In this document: positions 48,872-64,000 of the stretch, piece after piece
Layout of the letters: each line of letters starts with the position of its first letter
How positions within the stretch are numbered: position 1 is the first letter of the stretch
Assembly: GCA_963813815.1 (NCBI GenBank)
Contig: CAWFAD010000016.1
Span: forward strand, 224,001-288,000
Length of the DNA: 64,000 bases
Source of the DNA: an uncultured bacterium
GTDB lineage: Bacteria > Krumholzibacteriota > Krumholzibacteriia > Krumholzibacteriales > Krumholzibacteriaceae
Reading direction: 5' to 3'
Translations under genes and position numbers: made by a program
Notes under the pieces: generated by a model
The model's database searches: none
Seen by the model: the letters and a program-made list of their open reading frames with translations, nothing else
What the model was told of the DNA's origin: nothing

Positions 48872-49369
48872 TCAGCCGTCGAGGCTCCGCCGCGGGGGAA
48901 AGGCGTCGCGCAGGGGGAGCAGCGCGAGCCACAGCAGGATCGGCACGAAGAAGTTGTTCGTGAGGTTCAGGATCTCCGTCCCCGTCCACCAGCCCTCGCT
49001 CTGCCGGTAGCTCGCCACGAACGCGAAGGTCACGGTGAGCGCGTTCAGAACGACGAGGATCGCCGTGCCCGCCGCCGCGGCGCGGAGCCTTGCCCGCCAC
49101 GAAACCCTTCCCACGGCCGCGACGAGCGAGAGGAACACGAGCGGGTTGAGCGAAATCTCCTCCGCGATGTTCATCGCCCGGCTCACGACCATTTCATATC
49201 CGAACAGGGAGAGCATCGGGCGCGCCGCGAGCGCGATGAACCGCACGTAGTACGTTCCGACGAAGAGGAAGTAGAGCGCGTAGAGCGCGATCGATATCGC
49301 GAGAAACCGCAGAACGAATACGAATATGTCCCGCCCGCTCACCGGAAGCGCCGTTCGGCGCGCGTCCAT
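48872..49369 (-). CDS. Exosortase-associated membrane protein (exosortase-like topology, no catalytic Cys)
   Basis: Four hydrophobic segments paralleling the upstream exosortase; no Cys in the protein; 6-nt gap to the exosortase gene. Confidence 0.7.
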   Translation of the reverse strand: MDARRTALPVSGRDIFVFVLRFLAISIALYALYFLFVGTYYVRFIALAARPMLSLFGYEMVVSRAMNIAEEISLNPLVFLSLVAAVGRVSWRARLRAAAAGTAILVVLNALTVTFAFVASYRQSEGWWTGTEILNLTNNFFVPILLWLALLPLRDAFPPRRSLDG

Positions 49370-49375
49370 GCCGCC

Positions 49376-49933
49376 TCACCCCGCCGTCCGCGGCTTTACG
49401 ATCTTCCACATCCACACGATCACGAGGAGCAGCATGAAGATCACGAAGCCGACCTGCCAGAGGTATCCGTGGAAGAAATCGAAGAGATCCCGGCGGTGAT
49501 AGAGAACGAGCGCGACGAAAACCATGCGGACGAGGTTGAGGACGTGGATGGCCGGCACGCCGATGAGGAGCCCGACGGCCTTCTCGCCGATCCGCGCCGG
49601 AAACGCGCCGATGATGGCGATGTAGATGACCGTCGTGTAGAAGGCGGTGCACTCGGGGATGATCTGCATCCGTTCTCCGCCGTGCGCCGTGAAGAAGGTG
49701 AGGACGTACCCCTCGACCGTGTGGCTGTAACCGAGAAGATCGAGGACCCACGCGACTTCCCGGGCGATGACGACCTGCAGGCCGGCGATCGCTCCGGGAA
49801 GACGCAGGGACAAAAAATAGGAAAGAAGCCAGATGAAGAAGAAGAGAACAAGGAAGAGCAGAAACTCCCTCCGGAAGGACGGACCTCCCGGTTTCTTCTT
49901 TTCTTCGACTTCTGGCTTCTTTCCCTGGCCCAA
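49376..49933 (-). CDS. Exosortase H-like / archaeosortase family transpeptidase
   Basis: Cys-Arg-His triad in IIPECT, NLVR, FHGYLWQ; multi-TM, 185 aa. Confidence 0.88.
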   Translation of the reverse strand: MGQGKKPEVEEKKKPGGPSFRREFLLFLVLFFFIWLLSYFLSLRLPGAIAGLQVVIAREVAWVLDLLGYSHTVEGYVLTFFTAHGGERMQIIPECTAFYTTVIYIAIIGAFPARIGEKAVGLLIGVPAIHVLNLVRMVFVALVLYHRRDLFDFFHGYLWQVGFVIFMLLLVIVWMWKIVKPRTAG

Positions 49934-49979
49934 TGAGTTACTCGCTGGGAGCGACTCTTGTTAAACGGCTACGGACGAA

Positions 49980-50963
49980 CTACGCCCTGGCCGCTGCGCG
50001 ACGGCGCATGAACACCGCGGCAGCGAGAATGAGCGCGAGCACCAGGATCGTGACGACCGGCACCGTAAAGAGAGGCACTTCCTGAGCCTCAACCACGTGG
50101 CACACCTGAACGCAGGTGTCGTAAACGGCCGGATCGCCGGTCCAAACGACAATCTGCAGGGTGTCATAGGTGCACAGTGCCGCGGCGCCAGCGTTCAGAA
50201 CCGCGTAAATGTCCTCGCACGTGCCCGGGAGCAATTCGACGAAACCGTTGTTGATCGTCGTCGGAATGTGCCCGGTCGTGGTGATGACATAGTCGATTCT
50301 CGTCAGAGGCGTGCAGTAGTCGCCGTTGCAGATCGCGAACGGGACGTACGCGGCGGTCTGGCCCTGCTCGACGAGCGTCAGGGTGTCCTGAAGGACCTCG
50401 AGAGGAACCGGGGCCTCGACGACCGTGATGATGAGCGTGTCGGCCGAGTAGTGATACAGGCCCGTCGACGGCCGGAGGTTCGGGTCGTTGCAGTCGCCGC
50501 AGGACGGGTCGCACACGCCGAGGTTGTTCACATAGGCGCAGATCGCGATGACGGTGTCCTTCATCCCGACCGGAAGCTCGCCCTCGCAGGGAGCCGTGAC
50601 CGTAATGAGCTGATACCAGAGGTAGCTGATGTCCAGCTCCTGCGGCAGGCCCATCTCGGGATCGCAGGTGAGCGTCCAGCCATTGGAGCTCGTCGCGTGG
50701 AAGCAGAGGGTGTCGAGAGCCTTGCAGGTGGAGGGCAGCCACACGTCGCTCGCGTTGTACGGTCCGAGCTCATACGTGAGGGAGTATCCCTTCCAGATCG
50801 TCGCGTAATCGGGACCCGGCTGGTTGTAATCGAGCCCATCGAGGTAGCCAAAGCCGTAAATGAACGCGGGGTCGCCTTCCCAAGTACAGCCCGCGGGCTG
50901 AGCAAACGAAGCCGCCGGCACAAGCAGGAGCGCCAGCATGGCAACGAGGATAATCTTCTTCAT
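49980..50963 (-). CDS. Cys-rich exported surface protein with C-terminal sorting signal (VPLFT-TM-RRR)
   Basis: GGAGGA RBS, signal peptide MKKIILVAML...SFA, 15 Cys, tail VPLFTVPVVTILVLALILAAAVFMRRR; next to exosortase. Confidence 0.85.
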   Translation of the reverse strand: MKKIILVAMLALLLVPAASFAQPAGCTWEGDPAFIYGFGYLDGLDYNQPGPDYATIWKGYSLTYELGPYNASDVWLPSTCKALDTLCFHATSSNGWTLTCDPEMGLPQELDISYLWYQLITVTAPCEGELPVGMKDTVIAICAYVNNLGVCDPSCGDCNDPNLRPSTGLYHYSADTLIITVVEAPVPLEVLQDTLTLVEQGQTAAYVPFAICNGDYCTPLTRIDYVITTTGHIPTTINNGFVELLPGTCEDIYAVLNAGAAALCTYDTLQIVVWTGDPAVYDTCVQVCHVVEAQEVPLFTVPVVTILVLALILAAAVFMRRRAAARA

Positions 50964-51149
50964 TGTCAATTCCTCCAACGGTTCAAAGAATGCATCCGTA
51001 TTTCATGGGCCCTATCCCGAATATTCCGCCGGTTTGAGCAACCGGCATTCATGAATAGGGGTTGACGGTTGACGGTTCCCTTGAATTTATAAGGCTCTCA
51101 TCCCCCCTTTCCTCGTTCAGCACCGCACGTCGATACCCATAACGAAAGT

Positions 51150-51183
51150 AAAAAAGCACACGGGCGCATTGCGCCTCGCATGC
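51150..51183 (-). terminator. Intrinsic terminator-like hairpin in the surface-protein leader
   Basis: GCAUGCGAGGCGC-AAU-GCGCCCGUGUGC followed by U6 on the - strand. Confidence 0.6.
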
Positions 51184-51286
51184 CTCATCGATTGAAAAAA
51201 GCGGTCATAGGTATCCTGCTTCTTACCTATGCGATGCCACGAATGACCGAAGATCCTGGGCCATGAGGATCCCGATCACGAAGGCA

Positions 51287-51315
51287 ATTGTACACCCGGC
51301 GAGGCCAAAGGTCAA
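51287..51315 (-). promoter_or_regulatory. Sigma70 promoter facing the exosortase locus
   Basis: TTGACC-17 nt-TACAAT. Confidence 0.7.
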
Positions 51316-51381
51316 GAGCAATGTTCGGGTTTCTGCGGGCTATCCGTTTGGTATCTCAGGCTCTTATGCCCAATTTTTCCC

Positions 51382-51410
51382 TTGACATCGCATTCTCTCG
51401 AAGATAATAT
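51382..51410 (+). promoter_or_regulatory. Sigma70 promoter of tRNA-tuf operon
   Basis: TTGACA-17 nt-TAATAT, 35 nt upstream of tRNA-Thr. Confidence 0.65.
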
Positions 51411-51445
51411 TTGCCGTCTGGAGAGATTTTCGGGACAAATCCCGA

Positions 51446-51521
51446 GCTGGCGTAGCTCAATCGGTAGAGCAACTGATTTGTAATCAGTAGGTTGGGGGTT
51501 CGATTCCCTTCGCCAGCTCCA
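51446..51521 (+). tRNA. tRNA-Thr(TGT)
   Basis: Cloverleaf, anticodon loop TTTGTAA, GGTTCGATT, encoded CCA. Confidence 0.97.
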
Positions 51522-51582
51522 GTGAGCTCGATGAGGCCGCCGAGGATTTTTCTTCTCACTTTCTGAGAAAAAAATCGAACGG

Positions 51583-51606
51583 AAAGGGCCCGTTGGGGCC
51601 TTTTTT
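51583..51606 (+). terminator. Terminator-like hairpin between tRNA-Thr and tRNA-Tyr
   Basis: AAAGGGCCC-GTTG-GGGCC followed by T6. Confidence 0.5.
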
Positions 51607-51638
51607 GCCTTTTTGGGGAAATTTTTTTCGGAATAGAC

Positions 51639-51723
51639 GGGGAGGTTCCCGAGCGGTCAAAGGGAACAGACTGTAAATCTGTCGCCGAAGGCTTCGGAGG
51701 TTCGAATCCTCCCCTCCCCACCA
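51639..51723 (+). tRNA. tRNA-Tyr(GTA)
   Basis: Cloverleaf with long variable arm, loop CTGTAAA, CCA. Confidence 0.97.
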
Positions 51724-51765
51724 GACTTTGGAATCGGGATATCGGCGAATCCCCTTTCCAGAGGG

Positions 51766-51841
51766 GCGGGAATAGCTCAGTTGGTAGAGCATCAGCCTTC
51801 CAAGCTGAGGGTCGCGGGTTCAAATCCCGTTTCCCGCTCCA
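51766..51841 (+). tRNA. tRNA-Gly(TCC)
   Basis: Cloverleaf, loop CTTCCAA, CCA. Confidence 0.97.
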
Positions 51842-51866
51842 GATTTGAGGAATCGACCGAACGGCG

Positions 51867-51942
51867 GCCCACGTAGCTCAGTTGGTGGAGCACTTCCTTG
51901 GTAAGGAAGAGGTCACCGGTTCGATTCCGGTCGTGGGCTCCA
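51867..51942 (+). tRNA. tRNA-Thr(GGT)
   Basis: Cloverleaf, loop with GGT anticodon, CCA. Confidence 0.97.
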
Positions 51943-51973
51943 GAAAACCCTGTGACGAGGAGGTTCGCGTTCC

Positions 51974-53182
<1,209 letters not shown>

Positions 53183-53210
53183 CGGCGACGCGGAAAGGTC
53201 GGGAAGAGGC

Positions 53211-53360
53211 ATGCGCGAAATGGCGACGCTCGCCTGCAACGAGTGCAAGCAGCGCAACTACACGACGATGAAGAACAAGCGCTTGCATCCGGACAGGCTC
53301 GAGCACAAGAAATACTGCAAGTTCTGCCGGAAGCATACGATTCACAAGGAGACGCGTTAG
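53211..53360 (+). CDS. rpmG: 50S ribosomal protein L33 (zinc-binding form)
   Basis: Read manually: [49 protein letters not shown]. Confidence 0.96.
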   Translation: MREMATLACNECKQRNYTTMKNKRLHPDRLEHKKYCKFCRKHTIHKETR

Positions 53361-53434
53361 CTCCGTCGTCCGCCGGGGAGACGCCGCGCAGGCGCGCGTC
53401 ACCCGTCGAGGCGCGGCTACGAGCGGGGTAGCGA

Positions 53435-53623
53435 ATGTTCGAAAAAATAAAACGATTCTTCAGCGAAACGCGCATCGAGATGCGCAAGGTCACGTGGCCC
53501 ACGCGCGACGAGCTCAGGGAGTCGACGAAGATCGTCATCGTGGCGACTTTCGTCGTGACGCTCTTCATAGGGCTCATCGACTCGATCATCAACCTCATCG
53601 TGAGGCGCCTGCTGGGGTGGTAA
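53435..53623 (+). CDS. secE: Preprotein translocase subunit SecE
   Basis: EMRKVTWPTR followed by one TM segment. Confidence 0.95.
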   Translation: MFEKIKRFFSETRIEMRKVTWPTRDELRESTKIVIVATFVVTLFIGLIDSIINLIVRRLLGW

Positions 53624-53666
53624 AGGAGGTACGCGCCCCGGCGGATCCGACGCGGGCGCGTCTCGT

Positions 53667-54275
53667 ATGACCGACGATATCAACAGAATAGCCGGCGAGG
53701 AGAGCTTCGGCGCCGCGGACGCTGGAAACGGGGACGAGGCGGGCCGGAAGAGCATGCGCTGGTACGTCGTGCACACCTATTCGGGCCGCGAAAACAAGGT
53801 GCGCGAGACGATCGAGCGGCTCATCAAGCACTCCGGGCTTCAGGAGCGCTTCGGGAAAGTGCTCGTGGCGACCGAAGAGGTCGCCGAAATGAAGAAGGGG
53901 AAAAAGAAGGTTTCGCAGCGGAAGCTCTTCCCGAGCTACATCCTCATCGAAATGCAGATGAGCGAGGAGGCCTGGGGGCTCATCGAGAACGTGCCCGGCG
54001 TGACGCACTTCGTCGGCGGCGCGAAGAAGCCGTTCCCGATTCCGAAGAAGGACGTCGACCGCATACTCGGGAGAATGGAGAAGAAGGAAGGGATCGTTCC
54101 CGAAGTGCCGTTCACCCTCGGCGAGCACGTCCGAGTCGCGGACGGCCCGTTCGCCGATTTCACCGGCGTCGTCGACGAGATCAATCCCGAGCGGGGCAAG
54201 GTCAAGGTGCTCGTCAGCATCTTCGGCCGGGAGACCCCCGTCGAGCTCGATTTCCTCCAGGTGAAAACCATTTAG
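53667..54275 (+). CDS. nusG: Transcription termination/antitermination factor NusG
   Basis: [37 protein letters not shown]. Confidence 0.97.
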   Translation: MTDDINRIAGEESFGAADAGNGDEAGRKSMRWYVVHTYSGRENKVRETIERLIKHSGLQERFGKVLVATEEVAEMKKGKKKVSQRKLFPSYILIEMQMSEEAWGLIENVPGVTHFVGGAKKPFPIPKKDVDRILGRMEKKEGIVPEVPFTLGEHVRVADGPFADFTGVVDEINPERGKVKVLVSIFGRETPVELDFLQVKTI

Positions 54276-54320
54276 CGATCCCGCGCGAGGCGAGGATTCG
54301 ACCAAGGAGCGCACAAGCGT

Positions 54321-54758
54321 ATGGCCAAAAAGTCGAAAAAGAAGGTCATGAGGATCGTGAAGCTCGAGATACCGGGCGGCCACGCGACCCCGGCCCCGCC
54401 GGTCGGTCCCGCGCTCGGGCAGCTCGGCGTGAGCTCGATGGAGTTCTGCAAGCAGTTCAACGCGGCGACGAACTCGATGTCCGGAATGATCATCCCCGTC
54501 GAGATCACCGTATTCGCCGACAAGACGTTCACCTTCTTCACCAAGCAGCCGCCCGCCGCGGAGCTCATCAAAAAGGCGGCCAGCATCGCCAAGGGTTCCG
54601 GCGTTCCGAACAAGGAGAAGGTCGGCAAGATCACGAAGGATCAGATCCGCGAGATCGCCAAGTCGAAGATGAAGGATCTCAACACCGCCGACCTCGAAGC
54701 CGCGATGCGGATGATCGAGGGCTCAGCGCGGAGCATGGGTATTCTCGTCGAGGAATGA
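54321..54758 (+). CDS. rplK: 50S ribosomal protein L11
   Basis: [28 protein letters not shown]. Confidence 0.98.
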   Translation: MAKKSKKKVMRIVKLEIPGGHATPAPPVGPALGQLGVSSMEFCKQFNAATNSMSGMIIPVEITVFADKTFTFFTKQPPAAELIKKAASIAKGSGVPNKEKVGKITKDQIREIAKSKMKDLNTADLEAAMRMIEGSARSMGILVEE

Positions 54759-54783
54759 CAGACGGCAAGAAAGTGGTGAGGTT

Positions 54784-55485
54784 ATGAAGCCCGGCAAACG
54801 ATACAGCGAGGCGTCCGCGAAGATCGATCGCGCCCGCGAATATGCCATCGAGGAAGCGGTGGAAGTGCTCAAGGCCTTCCCCCCGGCGAAGTTCGACGAG
54901 ACGATCGAGTTCAACGCGCGTCTCGGCGTCGACCCGAAGCACGCGGACCAGCAGGTCCGCGGCACGGTGCTCCTCCCGCACGGCACCGGCAAGACGGTGC
55001 GGATCCTCGTGCTCACGCGCGGGGAGAAAGAGCAGGAGGCGCGAAACGCCGGCGCCGACAACGTGGGTTCGGCCGAGTTCATCGAAAAGATCAAGGAAGG
55101 CTGGTTCGAGTTCGACGTCGCCATCGCGACCCCCGACATGATGGGGGAGGTCGGCAAGCTCGGCAAGCTCCTCGGCCCCCGCGGTCTCATGCCGAATCCG
55201 AAATCCGGCACCGTTACCTTCGACGTCGCCAAGGCGGTCAAGGAAGCGAAGGCCGGCAAGATCGAGTACCGCGTCGACCGCAGCGCCAACATCCACGTGC
55301 CGGTCGGCAAGCTCAGCTTCGGCAAGCAGCAGCTCGTCGAGAACATCCGGACGCTCGCGCAGGAGCTCGTGCGCGCAAAGCCGGCCTCGGCGAAGGGTAA
55401 ATACATAAAGAGCATCCACATCTCAACGACGATGGGGCCCTCTCTCGCGATCGAGACGGCGTCCCTCTCCGGCGAATCGAAGTAA
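54784..55485 (+). CDS. rplA: 50S ribosomal protein L1
   Basis: [31 protein letters not shown]. Confidence 0.98.
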   Translation: MKPGKRYSEASAKIDRAREYAIEEAVEVLKAFPPAKFDETIEFNARLGVDPKHADQQVRGTVLLPHGTGKTVRILVLTRGEKEQEARNAGADNVGSAEFIEKIKEGWFEFDVAIATPDMMGEVGKLGKLLGPRGLMPNPKSGTVTFDVAKAVKEAKAGKIEYRVDRSANIHVPVGKLSFGKQQLVENIRTLAQELVRAKPASAKGKYIKSIHISTTMGPSLAIETASLSGESK

Positions 55486-55498
55486 GAAGGGAACGTAT

Positions 55499-56017
55499 AT
55501 GGCGCAGGAAGAGAAAGCACGGATCATCGACGACATCGGCTCGATCGTCAAGGACGCCAAGTCGATCGTTCTCGCCGATTTCACCGGCCTCAACGTAAAG
55601 GACATCTCCGAGCTGCGGCGCTCGTGCCGCCAGAACGGCGTCACCTTCCGCGTCGTGAAGAACACGCTCGCGAAGAAGAGCTTCGACGCCGCCGGTGTCG
55701 CCGGTATCTCCGTCCTCCTCGACGGACCGACGGCGATCGCGGTCAGCACGGTGGACGAGGTGCGGGCGGCGCAGGTTCTCAAGAAATTCGCGGATGATTA
55801 CGAACTCCCCCGTCTCAAGGGGGGGTACGTTCATGGGCGGGTCCTCAGCGCCGAAGAGGTGCGACGGCTTGCCCTCCTCCCCAGCCGGGAGGTGCTTCTT
55901 GCCCAGGTCGTGGGAACGGTTCAGGCTCCGCTGCGAGGCCTCGTCAACTGCCTCAACGCTTCCCTGCGGGACCTCGTGAACGTTCTCAAGGCCGTGCAGG
56001 ACAAGAAGGCCGCTTAG
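55499..56017 (+). CDS. rplJ: 50S ribosomal protein L10
   Basis: GLNV, VVKNTL, GPTAIA, LPSREVL. Confidence 0.96.
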   Translation: MAQEEKARIIDDIGSIVKDAKSIVLADFTGLNVKDISELRRSCRQNGVTFRVVKNTLAKKSFDAAGVAGISVLLDGPTAIAVSTVDEVRAAQVLKKFADDYELPRLKGGYVHGRVLSAEEVRRLALLPSREVLLAQVVGTVQAPLRGLVNCLNASLRDLVNVLKAVQDKKAA

Positions 56018-56092
56018 CGGCGCGGCGGCGCCCCTCGGAGGGCATGCGCGCCGATGGACGAGTACGTAACCGTTGGAAAGAGAGGTCAGTTC

Positions 56093-56548
56093 ATGGTCAC
56101 GAAGAAGAAAGACGAAACGACGGACGCAGCGCAGGTCGAGGAAACCGCCGGGAAGAAGCCCGTGGGCGGCTCGATCGCGAAGATCGTCGAGCAGGTCGAG
56201 ACCCTCAGCGTGCTCGAGCTCTCGGAGCTCGTGAAGGCGCTCGAGGAGCGGTTCGGCGTCACCGCCGCCGCCCCGATGGCCTTCATGCCGGGCATGATGC
56301 CGGGCGCCGGCGGCGCCGCGGCCGAGGTCGAGGAGAAGACCGAGTTCACGCCGGTCCTCAAGGACATCGGCGCGAACAAGATTCAGGTCATCAAGGTGGT
56401 TCGCGCCATCACCGGTCTCGGACTCATCGAGGCGAAGAAGCTCGTCGAAGAGGCCCCCAAGCCGGTCAAGGAGAACGTGAACAAGGCCGAAGCCGAGGAT
56501 ATCAAGAAGAAGATCGAAGAAGTCGGCGGCGTCGTCGAGATTAAGTAA
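56093..56548 (+). CDS. rplL: 50S ribosomal protein L7/L12
   Basis: [46 protein letters not shown]. Confidence 0.96.
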   Translation: MVTKKKDETTDAAQVEETAGKKPVGGSIAKIVEQVETLSVLELSELVKALEERFGVTAAAPMAFMPGMMPGAGGAAAEVEEKTEFTPVLKDIGANKIQVIKVVRAITGLGLIEAKKLVEEAPKPVKENVNKAEAEDIKKKIEEVGGVVEIK

Positions 56549-56587
56549 CGCGGCCGTGCCGCATGCGGCACGAGGCAGGAGGGATCG

Positions 56588-60388
<3,801 letters not shown>

Positions 60389-60401
60389 GGAGGTACCCGG
60401 G

Positions 60402-64000
<3,599 letters not shown>

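Noticed and set aside
48857..51445. Exosortase locus as a tRNA-integrated genomic island
   Set aside because: No integrase or att-like duplication seen, and the locus lies on the 5' side of the tRNAs.

Overview
High-GC bacterial chromosome segment, mostly housekeeping genes on the + strand. No transposase, integrase, CRISPR array or rRNA was seen. In order: nnr (partial), thiL; a compact nitrogen-control cluster (glnA, glnD, cupin, glnE on the - strand, glnB); tsaD; a sigma54-type promoter ahead of a five-gene signalling operon (REC-GGDEF, sensorless histidine kinase, two paralogous kinase-GAF-HD-GYP fusions, REC); priA, TPR lipoprotein, rho, rpmE, DUF1385, prfA (1-nt frameshift), prmC, murA, selB, ispG, a small secreted orphan, NFACT/RqcH, yicC-gmk-rpoZ-coaBC-udg-dnaB-mlaEFD-ispDF-gltX-ddl-M42-cysS; a three-gene - strand exosortase locus (Cys-rich surface protein with a VPLFT-TM-RRR tail, exosortase H-like enzyme, non-catalytic partner) behind a long terminator-containing leader; tRNA Thr-Tyr-Gly-Thr, tuf, rpmG, secE, nusG, rplKAJL, rpoB, rpoC (partial). 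Gene content suggests a diderm bacterium, possibly FCB-related such as Krumholzibacteriota/Latescibacterota; this is inference, not tested. Best candidates for undescribed biology: the exosortase locus with its variant sorting signal and leader, and the paired kinase-phosphodiesterase fusions (one intact, one degenerate). All calls come from motif recognition by eye; no database searches were run.
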